In this document: piece by piece, positions 15,729 to 24,224 of the stretch
How positions within the stretch are numbered: position 1 is the first letter of the stretch
Layout: each line of letters opens with the position of its first letter
Source: a virus
Lineage: Duplodnaviria; Caudoviricetes
Length of the DNA: 27,443 nucleotides
Virus record (IMG/VR): IMGVR_UViG_3300034521_000267
Location: 1-27,443 of that record
Reading direction: 5' to 3' (one strand)
Notes under the pieces: generated by a model
What the model was told of the DNA's origin: nothing
Seen by the model: the letters and a program-made list of their open reading frames with translations, nothing else
The model's database searches: none
Program-made: the position numbers and the translations under genes

Positions 15729-15814
15729 AGCTTATACACCTCTACTCTCAAGGGGTTCGTTCAACCTGAGCGATTCTGGTGAATCCTCAGCCATTTTAGG
15801 AGATATGTTCTGTA

Positions 15815-15973
15815 TCATTTTTCCTCCAGTACTCCGGGCACTTCACTGAGATCTCTCAAAAACTTCCTCAACACTGGATACTCGGTCATGTCCAATTTCC
15901 TACATTCTGACCAGAGTTGGCGAATGTCTTGTGTGGAGATAAGGAATGTATGATTTGTTTCGAGGAATTTCAT
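15815..15973 (-). CDS. Hypothetical protein (52 aa, MKFLETNHTF...)
   Basis: AGGAGG SD, ATG at 15973, TGA at 15815. Confidence 0.6.
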   Translation of the reverse strand: MKFLETNHTFLISTQDIRQLWSECRKLDMTEYPVLRKFLRDLSEVPGVLEEK

Positions 15974-16001
15974 CTTAAGCCTCCTTCTGACAACCTCCGA
16001 T

Positions 16002-16211
16002 TCATCTTACCTCTACCCAGTATCCGGCTTCACGCAGGTACTCAACCATCGGGAATGTGTCGTCAATGGCGTTGAGGATCTCTTCATCAGTGAAGTTCCT
16101 GCAGACCCACTGTAGCACTTGCTGCTTGTATCCAACTTTCTTGATGAACTCAAGCATGTCTTCAACCTGCACTTCATTTATTTCTTCGATATCATCGATT
16201 GCTTCATTCAT
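16002..16211 (-). CDS. Hypothetical acidic protein
   Basis: 69 aa with GGAGTG SD. Confidence 0.65.
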   Translation of the reverse strand: MNEAIDDIEEINEVQVEDMLEFIKKVGYKQQVLQWVCRNFTDEEILNAIDDTFPMVEYLREAGYWVEVR

Positions 16212-16247
16212 AGTTCACACTCCGATTTTTGATACCATTGTTCCTCC

Positions 16248-16706
16248 TCAGTGCGTTTCCATATAGCGTTTTAGTCGGCTGTTTCGGTGTGTTCTCACGA
16301 CTCTCCGAATTGTGCCAACCGGGATATCCATATCCTCGGCTATCTCACGATAGCATCTCATGTTTGCTTCTCGGAGGATCTTCTCCCTCTCGTCGGCTGT
16401 CAGGTCCTGAATAGTCTTTGGTCTCACCTTCGAAGCATGATAAGTTCTGATGTGTCGCATGAAAGGACCGAACACTTTGACCTGCATTGCTGAGTAGTCT
16501 GCCAGGATATACACATGGGGAGGTGAGCCTGCTGGGACATGGAGTTCCACACGATATGGGGATTCTGGGCCTTCGTAGGACTTGATGACCCACTCACCTT
16601 TCCACACTCCTGAGGGGTCATAGCGGTCTTCTATGAGTCGGCGAGCTTTCCAGATGGTTGCATTCATCTTGCGCTCGATTCCGGTGGTGAAGGTGGGGCA
16701 GGTCAT
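16248..16706 (-). CDS. Protein with C-terminal HTH (candidate late transcription regulator)
   Basis: CYREIAEDMDIPVGTIRRVVR resembles a sigma-region-4-type HTH. Confidence 0.65.
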   Translation of the reverse strand: MTCPTFTTGIERKMNATIWKARRLIEDRYDPSGVWKGEWVIKSYEGPESPYRVELHVPAGSPPHVYILADYSAMQVKVFGPFMRHIRTYHASKVRPKTIQDLTADEREKILREANMRCYREIAEDMDIPVGTIRRVVRTHRNSRLKRYMETH

Positions 16707-19477
16707 AGGGAGCCCTCCACGAGTCCGGGTTGGTCAGGATGTTTTACAGCCCGGTTGACATATTTTTGATAGCATTCATGGCAACGGTGTTCTGTCTGGC
16801 CATTTATTAGGATAGATTTGTTGAGAGCTGGGGAGGATCCACAGTCTACACAATGGGCTTGTGTTTGCTCACCTTCTGTGTCCAATGGACCAGACATCGG
16901 TCTTTCGGTGGATATCTTAGCATACCGTCTAATGATATCATTAACTTCAGTAAACTTGTCAGAAGGCACACTATACCTCTTGCAGTATTCCATTGCCACA
17001 TGAGTCACATTGAGGTGATTGATGCTCTTTTTGTGTGATGATTCCCATTGTGGCGCCCAAGCCAACAAGTGTTCCAGCATAGCGGTGTTACCCATATTAT
17101 CGATATCATGCGGGGGCGCCGATGCGCTGTTACCAGCGATGTTACTACCACTGTTACCTCCTTTTTCACTATCAGTCGAACCGCTGATACCACTGATACC
17201 CTGTTTTGACTTTTGTGTACGTAAAGAATCAGACTTCTCGGTTTTCACACAATTCAGTGTTTTTTGCCGCACTCTATCTATATTGGTATCAGTGGTATCA
17301 GTGTGTCTATTGTTATTGTTTATGGAGGTATCAGTGGGGGTATCAGTCGGGTAACAGTGTGTATCACCCGCATCTAGAGACACCACCGAGTCAAACATTC
17401 CAAGGGCGTCGAATTTATCGAGTTTTAGATATGTCTTCAGTGTTTTGTGCCCCGCAGAATTCTCAACTATTCTTTTTTCAACATAGAATCCCTCAACTTT
17501 ATGGAGGAGGCCAGCATCTTTGTTTCTGTCCTTTCCATAAATTAGATGTGATACTCTACCCACGGATTTCCCCAGAGCCTTGGCGATTTCTTCCCGGGTA
17601 GCTTCTCCCCTGCCAGCAAGTACCATACATAGCCGCATTTCCGCATCACTTAGCTTTAGTCCCTGGTTCCCCGCCCTCCCAGTATATAGTGCCTTGGCAT
17701 CATTGAAGTCTTGGACTTCTGCTATTAAGGCGCCTTCATGGTCTTTCTGCCTTTGTCTATGTCGAAGAACGGTATATCCCCTCAGGATATCCAGGAAGAT
17801 AGAATAATTTCTGCGGTTCCTGGTATCTCTCCATGTAATTCTTTCTACGAAAGGGATTTTCACAATATAATTGCTTGACTTTATGTCCCGGAGGATCTCT
17901 CTGCAGATCAGTACGTTATCGTTCAGGGGTAGGCCAACTTCACCAGATGCGGCCTTTTTTGACAGGAACTCCACAACCTTTCTATCCTGTTCCTCTGATT
18001 CGTCCACGCCCCCGCCGAACTGTCTGTTTAGCAGCTGCAGGCTTTGGTCGTCGTCCACCGAAGTGAGCCACCAAGATATCCTGGAGGGTATCCTCTTTGT
18101 TTCCTCTCTTCGCTTAATATCCAATGTGGTGTATGTGGTTCCCGTCTGAAAGTTGGAGGTCGCACGCTTGATTACGCCTTCCAGTGTTTCAGATAAATCA
18201 ATATCATCACAGAAGATGATACTGCCATCCTTCAGCCCCTTCATGTAAAAAATGGCCTTGTCTGATAGCGTTGTTTCAAAAATCCATTCAGGTGGCACAA
18301 GGTGTGCCATGGCTTTGCAGCAGTGTGTCTTTCCTTTACCAGACTCCCCGCTCACCTTGGGCTGGATGCCGTCCGCGTTTAGAACCGACTGAACGCCAAC
18401 GGATACTAGTAAGGTCTTAGCAAGTTCGAGGTCCCCCACGTGCAGAGACTGATGAGTATCAAGGATAAACTGAACTGGATCTCCCCCCTCGGCTATCGCG
18501 GCCGCTGCCTCTTTTATTTGAGAATCAATCTCATCGACTCCGTCATCTTTTTGTGAGATGTATTCTTGTTCCCGCGGATTCACAGGTGCCTTCTCTCTGT
18601 CTATATGGAACTGTGATAAGACGGGGTGTGCCTTTATAGACTCGGTTGTTGCCGTTGCATTGGGGTTGATTTTATCGATCTGGTATGCCGACATTTCCGC
18701 ATCATAATCATCCATGAAGATTAACATACACAGCAGCATGAGCTCTTGCTTTGTTGCTCCGTTCCTCGAAAGTTCGGCAAACAGATGAAGTGTCAGCTCT
18801 CGACCGGATGCGCCATGGAAAACCGACATGTCCCTAAAATGTGGGTTGCTCTTTTGGTTATCGGTGAAGTGTGCCTTAAAGAACTTCTGGAAAGTTGGCC
18901 TGCATTTGTTTACTTTTGACTCAAGCGAGGACAATGTTTTGGTTACCTCTTTAATTCTGACCACTGCCTCTTCTGGAAGATGGGGTCTTTCTGTGGGGTT
19001 TTTGTTGAACTGATACTTGGCTCCGGAGACATGCTCCGACGGGGTGATCACAACATTGGATCCGTTGTTAAGCACTTCAAAACCAAGTGCATGGTGCTTC
19101 ATAGAATCAATTATAGGTGAATAGTTGAACCATAAATGATCACGCCCGGTGGTTCTGGACTGAATTACAAAGTCAGTTGTATCAATCCCCTCAAAAATAT
19201 AGTCCCATATCCCTTTACAGATAAAATCCCGGTCAATCACGGTCACGTCTGATACTTGACCACATACGTTCCCGATATTGCACCTATTATTTTTAAAGTA
19301 CTTTACCTTATCCCGGTCGGAGAGTGGTTTATAGTTGCTCCAGTCTTCCAGAAGTGGCCTTTTGCCTGGGCTGTTTCCATGGTCATCTGGCCTCGAGAGT
19401 GGATGAGGACACATGCCTATGCTCTCATAGTAGTCAACTGCTTCCGGAAGAGACATGTCATTAACTGGAGCAGTCAT
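16703..19477 (-). CDS. Replication protein: bifunctional primase-polymerase domain, P-loop helicase-like ATPase, winged helix and C-terminal Zn finger
   Basis: GKRPL...NIGNVCG...VIDRD...H.WF...VVITPS.H.SG..Y (prim-pol), Walker A GESGKGKT, Walker B IIFCDD, TREEIAKALGKSVGRVS HTH, and CVDC...CHEC. Confidence 0.88.
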   Translation of the reverse strand: MTAPVNDMSLPEAVDYYESIGMCPHPLSRPDDHGNSPGKRPLLEDWSNYKPLSDRDKVKYFKNNRCNIGNVCGQVSDVTVIDRDFICKGIWDYIFEGIDTTDFVIQSRTTGRDHLWFNYSPIIDSMKHHALGFEVLNNGSNVVITPSEHVSGAKYQFNKNPTERPHLPEEAVVRIKEVTKTLSSLESKVNKCRPTFQKFFKAHFTDNQKSNPHFRDMSVFHGASGRELTLHLFAELSRNGATKQELMLLCMLIFMDDYDAEMSAYQIDKINPNATATTESIKAHPVLSQFHIDREKAPVNPREQEYISQKDDGVDEIDSQIKEAAAAIAEGGDPVQFILDTHQSLHVGDLELAKTLLVSVGVQSVLNADGIQPKVSGESGKGKTHCCKAMAHLVPPEWIFETTLSDKAIFYMKGLKDGSIIFCDDIDLSETLEGVIKRATSNFQTGTTYTTLDIKRREETKRIPSRISWWLTSVDDDQSLQLLNRQFGGGVDESEEQDRKVVEFLSKKAASGEVGLPLNDNVLICREILRDIKSSNYIVKIPFVERITWRDTRNRRNYSIFLDILRGYTVLRHRQRQKDHEGALIAEVQDFNDAKALYTGRAGNQGLKLSDAEMRLCMVLAGRGEATREEIAKALGKSVGRVSHLIYGKDRNKDAGLLHKVEGFYVEKRIVENSAGHKTLKTYLKLDKFDALGMFDSVVSLDAGDTHCYPTDTPTDTSINNNNRHTDTTDTNIDRVRQKTLNCVKTEKSDSLRTQKSKQGISGISGSTDSEKGGNSGSNIAGNSASAPPHDIDNMGNTAMLEHLLAWAPQWESSHKKSINHLNVTHVAMEYCKRYSVPSDKFTEVNDIIRRYAKISTERPMSGPLDTEGEQTQAHCVDCGSSPALNKSILINGQTEHRCHECYQKYVNRAVKHPDQPGLVEGSL
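17127..17367. repeat. Two oppositely oriented clusters of short iterons (CTGWTAC / GTAWCAG); candidate replication origin
   Basis: CTGTTAC/CTGATAC-like at 17127, 17139, 17151, 17184, 17193 and GTATCAG/GTAACAG-like at 17286, 17295, 17328, 17340, 17351, 17361, flanking a T-rich core. Confidence 0.7.
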
Positions 19478-19677
19478 TCCACCTCACCCCCGGCAGTAAT
19501 TGCTTTGGCTAAGTCCACCATGAGAAGGGGAGTCTTGTTCGTTGACTTGATTAAGTCATATAACTCTCCATCGACTGAGGCGAAGTCCTTGATTGTGGGA
19601 TGTTCTCTGAGGCTCTGAAGCTCGTCAGAACTTGACCCACCACTGTTAATATAACCGATGGGGTTCATGTATAACAT
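19474..19677 (-). CDS. Hypothetical protein
   Basis: ATGA-coupled to the replication gene. Start may be 19668. Confidence 0.6.
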   Translation of the reverse strand: MLYMNPIGYINSGGSSSDELQSLREHPTIKDFASVDGELYDLIKSTNKTPLLMVDLAKAITAGGEVE

Positions 19678-19829
19678 GGCCTCCTAGTGGTGCAGGTGGT
19701 CATATGGCAATTCAGGGGGGCATTGCCCCCAACTTCTATTGCGATGCTGTGTTCTTGGTCTGCAGTCGAGCAAATATCAAGATACAATTTCTCGCCGTTG
19801 CTGGGGGATTTGATCTGCATGAAGTTCAT
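19665..19829 (-). CDS. Hypothetical protein (54 aa, MNFMQIKSPSNGEK...)
   Basis: TAATG overlap with the upstream stop and ATGA overlap downstream. Confidence 0.5.
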   Translation of the reverse strand: MNFMQIKSPSNGEKLYLDICSTADQEHSIAIEVGGNAPLNCHMTTCTTRRPCYT

Positions 19830-20026
19830 TATGCCACCTCAACAGCGACACGTTCCCCCGGCTTTCCCTTCCACTCAACCGGCTTCCATGTGGACAGCTG
19901 CCTGAGCATTCGGCGCATCCGGTGGTATTCTTCCTCATCTCTGGTGTGGGCGAAGAGCCATTGCTTTGATTCCTTTGCGCTATACAGTTCTCCTGCGAGT
20001 GTTTGCAGGTCCTTGAATTCTGTCAT
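19829..20026 (-). CDS. Hypothetical protein
   Basis: 65 aa with GGAGG SD. Confidence 0.65.
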   Translation of the reverse strand: MTEFKDLQTLAGELYSAKESKQWLFAHTRDEEEYHRMRRMLRQLSTWKPVEWKGKPGERVAVEVA

Positions 20027-20173
20027 GTTTTTTTGCCTCCTGTTTTGAGGAATCCACGAGGACAGGACCGGAAGTTATTTAATCAGAGAATCACAATATT
20101 TGATTGTGAGTCGTTACTAGAGTCTCTGGGGCCTCGGTTTCAGGGATTCCTTTAATGCAATTTCTTTTCTTGG

Positions 20174-20338
20174 TTACTGCTCCTTTAGCGGAGTGATTAC
20201 TATGCTGTTCTCGGTGTCTGCTACATCTACCATGTCGCCCTTCTTCAGGCCGAACTTATCCCGAAGGTAGGCAGGGATGCAGATGTACGTTCTTTTGTTT
20301 CTATCCTGGAATATTGTTCTTTCAGTCATGTTACTCAT
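20174..20338 (-). CDS. AbrB/MazE/SpoVT-family DNA-binding protein (54 aa)
   Basis: TYICIPAYLRDKFGLKKGDMVDV...SIVITP signature; below the ORF-track cutoff. Confidence 0.85.
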   Translation of the reverse strand: MSNMTERTIFQDRNKRTYICIPAYLRDKFGLKKGDMVDVADTENSIVITPLKEQ

Positions 20339-20448
20339 ACATATGTATGAGCTAATGTTATATATAGTTTGCTCTTACTTTGATTATACGGTAAACTTTA
20401 AATAGATTAAATGCTTACAATGTATTACAAGACAATTACGGTGTAAAA
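20334..20448. promoter_or_regulatory. Divergent early promoter region with operators
   Basis: AT-rich. TATA boxes TTATATATA (~20358) and TTTAAATA (~20397), a perfect 18-bp palindrome CTCATACATATGTATGAG (20334-20351), and TTAC repeats at ~10-bp spacing (20415-20439). Confidence 0.75.
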
Positions 20449-20592
20449 ATGGCAAACAAAAAAACCGACAACCCTAGAAACATATACGTAACTGCAATGG
20501 TTTCCCAGAAAACATTTGACAAGATAGAAAAAGAGCGCAAGGGGACGCCACGAAGCACGTTCATACGTGAACTGATCGAAGGAGTGTTGTAA
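20449..20592 (+). CDS. Ribbon-helix-helix regulator (47 aa)
   Basis: MANKKTDNPRNIYVTAMVSQKTFDKIEKERKGTPRSTFIRELIEGVL. Confidence 0.8.
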   Translation: MANKKTDNPRNIYVTAMVSQKTFDKIEKERKGTPRSTFIRELIEGVL

Positions 20593-20747
20593 TGAACGCA
20601 ATTCCTGAAGCATCTGTAACCATTCACCAGAAACTGACATGTGCATCATGCGGCAGGAGGTTCCAAGTCAATCCTCTTGCAGAGAACCATGCCTTCTGGT
20701 GCCCGGAATGCTGTGCAGGCCATGAACATCTCTGGGTGATAGCTTAA
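20592..20747 (+). CDS. Small Zn-finger protein (51 aa)
   Basis: CASC...CPEC motifs; TAATG overlap with the RHH gene. Confidence 0.7.
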   Translation: MNAIPEASVTIHQKLTCASCGRRFQVNPLAENHAFWCPECCAGHEHLWVIA

Positions 20748-20807
20748 CGATTATCCGGGTAGGATACAACAACCTCCCTGTATCCTGCCTGCTCCACAGA
20801 TCAACAA

Positions 20808-20864
20808 GACCATGGGCCAAAGCTAGCAGAAGGGCGTAATCGGGTTCAAATCCCGACATGGTCA
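20808..20864 (+). ncRNA. 57-nt tRNA-like element (acceptor stem and T arm, no canonical D/anticodon arms)
   Basis: GACCATG/CATGGTC 7-bp stem plus discriminator A, and TCGGG-TTCAAAT-CCCGA T arm. Confidence 0.7.
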
Positions 20865-20967
20865 CTAGCCCGCAACGGTCTCTTTTGAAAGACCAACCTT
20901 TCCAACCACCCCAAATAACCCCCACAAACCGTTGCGGGCAAAATCAACAACAAAAGAAGGAAAGCAA

Positions 20968-21249
20968 ATGAAAGAAACTGAAACAACTATCAGAATTGAC
21001 ATGTCCCGTTTCCCCCGGGAATACTGGACGAGTGAAGAAGACCCATTCCACAAGATCGAAGGCGATGTCCTTGAAGATGTGTACGACTGGGTACAGAAAC
21101 AGATTCCTCATTTCCCATGCGCTGTAGAACTGGATGGCTGGGCACCTGCTCCGATCATTGCCAGGGTCGTGAAGGCACTGTGTGATACTGGGAACGTTGA
21201 CAACTTCTATATGCACAAGCCACGGTGTGCAAGATGCAAGGTGTGGTGA
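20968..21249 (+). CDS. Hypothetical protein, possibly Csx3/STAS-like fold
   Basis: 93 aa. VELDGWAPAPIIARVVKAL loosely echoes the Csx3 V.I.G..P.W motif. Confidence 0.6.
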   Translation: MKETETTIRIDMSRFPREYWTSEEDPFHKIEGDVLEDVYDWVQKQIPHFPCAVELDGWAPAPIIARVVKALCDTGNVDNFYMHKPRCARCKVW

Positions 21250-21599
21250 TGATGGAAGATAAGATTAAGCCACTTGCACTGAACCTTCACGCAAAGAGAA
21301 CCCAACTGGAACGCATCATGGACGATCTCAAATCCATCCGGACAGGTCACTATCTTGACATACAGGCACTCTCACAGGACAAAGATCAGGCCAAAGCACT
21401 TGGACTCTCAAATGAGAAAGGCCGTGACATAGAACTCGACACTCGCCTGAAACAGGACCCAGAATATGACCGCCTCGATAAGGTCAAGAGAGCTCTTGAG
21501 AATGACATTGCTCTCCTTCAGATTGACCTGGAACACGAGAGACATTCCTTCGAGGTGTGGAAGATTTGCGAGCTTCAAAAGGTCATGGGGTTGGTCTGA
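21249..21599 (+). CDS. Coiled-coil hypothetical protein
   Basis: Charged helical 116-aa ORF coupled to the upstream stop. Confidence 0.7.
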   Translation: MMEDKIKPLALNLHAKRTQLERIMDDLKSIRTGHYLDIQALSQDKDQAKALGLSNEKGRDIELDTRLKQDPEYDRLDKVKRALENDIALLQIDLEHERHSFEVWKICELQKVMGLV

Positions 21600-21737
21600 A
21601 TGAGAACAATCACTCTCACTGACCACGATGAAAAGCTCCTCTACGATGCGTTTGACATCATAAGTGCACAAACAGAGAGCAACGACACTGTCACAGAGGC
21701 ACTGAAAGATATTATGGCTGTACTGGAGATGAACTGA
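21600..21737 (+). CDS. Hypothetical protein (45 aa, MRTITLTDHDEK...)
   Basis: Exactly fills the gap between adjacent stop and start codons. Confidence 0.65.
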   Translation: MRTITLTDHDEKLLYDAFDIISAQTESNDTVTEALKDIMAVLEMN

Positions 21738-21941
21738 ATGCAAGCACTGCTCCAGTCAAATGCCTGCCGCCTCTGTGGTCACAAACTCCCCGAAGGTGAC
21801 ACCTTTTGTGATAATGTCTGCGAGGAAGAGTACCACCTGAAGGTGTGTGTCATCTGTGGGAAATTTGCGGAGACCGGGCACACTGTGAAAGAATCAAGTG
21901 CACATCCCGAATGGGCAGGCAGGCGAGTGTGCAAGAGATGA
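21738..21941 (+). CDS. Cys-rich Zn-finger protein
   Basis: CRLC...CDNVC...CVIC motifs. Confidence 0.7.
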   Translation: MQALLQSNACRLCGHKLPEGDTFCDNVCEEEYHLKVCVICGKFAETGHTVKESSAHPEWAGRRVCKR

Positions 21942-21956
21942 ATGAGGTGTTAAAAA

Positions 21957-22850
21957 ATGTCACTAAAACTTGAAAAAGATAAGATCATACCAGTACTGCT
22001 GCAAAACAAGGCACTTAAAGTCAACGAGAATGTCTACTCACTACTCATCGATGGCGTGAAGTGTGGCATTGACTTCAAGAAGAATGAAATGTTCTGGATG
22101 GATGTTGCAGACAGGTCCACAGAGGACTGTCCGGAGTTCAGCAAGTTCAAAGCACTGTGTTTGGGTGCAATGTTTCCAAAGGGTGGTGAACAGTCTTCCT
22201 CTGAGGCCCCGGAAGCCGACCAAAGCACAGAGGCGGAGAAGGAAGAGAAGTCCACCGAACCAGAATACGAGCCCCCGACAAACCAATCTTTTGTTCCAGC
22301 TCCAGCTCCCCGCAGGCAGGTAGCACAGGCCAATCATCAATACACCCGGGACCAGATAGAGACCATCAAGGACACCGTGGCCAAGGGCATCAGTGACAGT
22401 GAGCTGCAGATGTTCCTGCATATTGCCAACACCTACGGTCTGGATCCATTCCTCAAGGAGATCTTCTACTCCGAGCAGATGAAGACCATCATTACAAGCA
22501 GGGATGGGTATCTGAAGGTTGCTCAGAGAGATCCTGAATTCGATGGTATCCAGTCAATGGCCGTCTGTGAGAATGACGAGTTCTCAATTGACATGGAGAA
22601 GAACAAGGTCAACCACTCTTTTGGGAAAGGAGGCAGAGGCAAGGTCATTGGTGCTTGGGCTGTCTGCTATAGGAAGGGGAGAAGGCCAGTCATTGCATAT
22701 GCTGATTATGAAGAGTACAACAAGAAGAATCCCATCTGGAACACCTACAAGAGTGCAATGTGCTGTAAGGTTGCGGAGGTTTTCGCGCTCAAGAGGCAGT
22801 TCGGGATATCCGGACTTGTGACACAGGAAGAGATGGGGGTGGAGGCATGA
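21957..22850 (+). CDS. Single-strand annealing recombinase (Bet/RecT family)
   Basis: YGLDPFLKEIF...SRDGYLKVAQR.PEFDGI...GAWAVCYRKGR...MCCKVAEVFALKRQFGISGLVTQEEM, preceded by an extra N-terminal domain and acidic linker. Confidence 0.9.
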   Translation: MSLKLEKDKIIPVLLQNKALKVNENVYSLLIDGVKCGIDFKKNEMFWMDVADRSTEDCPEFSKFKALCLGAMFPKGGEQSSSEAPEADQSTEAEKEEKSTEPEYEPPTNQSFVPAPAPRRQVAQANHQYTRDQIETIKDTVAKGISDSELQMFLHIANTYGLDPFLKEIFYSEQMKTIITSRDGYLKVAQRDPEFDGIQSMAVCENDEFSIDMEKNKVNHSFGKGGRGKVIGAWAVCYRKGRRPVIAYADYEEYNKKNPIWNTYKSAMCCKVAEVFALKRQFGISGLVTQEEMGVEA

Positions 22851-22951
22851 TTCTCGATGTGATCAAGCTCGAATATGAGGCAGCCATCCCCACACCTGAA
22901 GAAATCGAAGAGGACGCAAAGTACTACGCGGAACATCCGGAGGAACTATGA
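22847..22951 (+). CDS. Small acidic protein (34 aa)
   Basis: ATGA overlaps at both ends. Confidence 0.5.
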   Translation: MILDVIKLEYEAAIPTPEEIEEDAKYYAEHPEEL

Positions 22952-23274
22952 AATCAAGATCTGGTTATGAGCATGAAATCGGGGCGTTTCTAAAAGATAG
23001 CAAGTTCCTATTACTATTTTTTATCGTGTTAGATTGTGCAACTACAATATACACAATCTCGGCAGGATTGGGATATGAGGCGAATCCGGTTCTACATTTC
23101 CTTTTCTTACAGTATGGTTTATTTATCCTAGTTTTATTAAAACTCGGTGCAGTCGTTGTTTTTTATGTAATTTACAGGTTGTATCAGGACACTTATAAAA
23201 TTTATACAATTGTACCTACCGCAGTAGGTATTTATTTGACTATTCGTAATACTCTGGTTATTTTTGGTTTATAA
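22948..23274 (+). CDS. Multi-pass membrane protein (DUF5658-like)
   Basis: LDCATT...GYEANPVL motif and three hydrophobic helices; markedly AT-rich. Confidence 0.75.
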   Translation: MKSRSGYEHEIGAFLKDSKFLLLFFIVLDCATTIYTISAGLGYEANPVLHFLFLQYGLFILVLLKLGAVVVFYVIYRLYQDTYKIYTIVPTAVGIYLTIRNTLVIFGL

Positions 23275-23495
23275 TCCATTATATAAAATTGGAGAGTGTA
23301 TTATGTCAATAGTACCAGAATTATTATTAAACAATAGTTCAACAATATTAACCAACGGCATTTGGTATACACACCCTGACCTAATAAAATACTCTGTTCA
23401 ACTGAGTTTAATGTCGTAGTGGGAAATACTCTTGCAGTGGAGTGTTTGGATAGATATGTAACTCCTTTTGCCGCGATTCATGGGTGGTGGAACTA

Positions 23496-24224
23496 ATGCC
23501 TCTACATCCTGACATCCAAGTTGACCTCGAAACAGAGATCATCCAGCTGGATAGTCACCTCCGCCAATTTCCCGGCGATGAGAAGGCCCGTGGGAAGCTC
23601 AACAGGAAGCTGTCTAAATGGATAGACACTCTCGATATCACCATCTTTGTAGCTTCAAATGAACAAAAGCCATGGACTTCCGGTGAACTGGGATATCCTA
23701 CAAAGCCGATGCTCCTGAAAGAAACATCTGGTTTCCAGCAGGTAGGAGACTATCAATGTTACATCGAAAGAGGAAGCCGCATTGAAAACAACTTTGCTGG
23801 ATTTGTAGTTGACCGGAAAGAGTGTTCTGATTTCTATGGTACTCTCTTTGGGAAGGACGGTGAGAACCGGAAGAACCGCGATAGGTTCTACCGTGAGATT
23901 GACCGCTTCAAAGCAGATCCCCGGTTCACTCATTTCTACATCTTTGTAGAATGTGACCTCATTACATGGTTGAATTATCTCCCACCCAAGAACCCGGGTA
24001 ATGACTTGATGATTAATCAAAAGATTGCCGTTCTTGCCTCCTTGCAGGCCCGTGGTGCTCATGTGATGTGGTGTGGCAATAGAAGGCTGGCTGTGAGGAT
24101 GTACAGGGAGATGGTTAGGCAGTGGTGCTTGAAGAACTACAGCCGGATAATTAGAGGTTGTGGAACTTACGCGGCTGAAATGTCGATGAGTCAGCCGAGG
24201 GTTGTTGACGAGGTGAGACTGTGA
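23496..24224 (+). CDS. ERCC4/XPF-family structure-specific nuclease
   Basis: GDY...VDRKECSDFYGTL...RDRFYREIDRF...YIFVECD. Confidence 0.85.
   Translation: MPLHPDIQVDLETEIIQLDSHLRQFPGDEKARGKLNRKLSKWIDTLDITIFVASNEQKPWTSGELGYPTKPMLLKETSGFQQVGDYQCYIERGSRIENNFAGFVVDRKECSDFYGTLFGKDGENRKNRDRFYREIDRFKADPRFTHFYIFVECDLITWLNYLPPKNPGNDLMINQKIAVLASLQARGAHVMWCGNRRLAVRMYREMVRQWCLKNYSRIIRGCGTYAAEMSMSQPRVVDEVRL

Noticed and set aside
20808-20864. tRNA-Pyl or amber suppressor (CTA inside the loop)
   Set aside because: No proper anticodon stem-loop or D arm, and the sequence is unlike tRNA-Pyl.
20425-20925. Minus-strand ORFs in the early control region
   Set aside because: Antisense to coupled + strand RHH and Zn-finger genes and to structured RNA elements.
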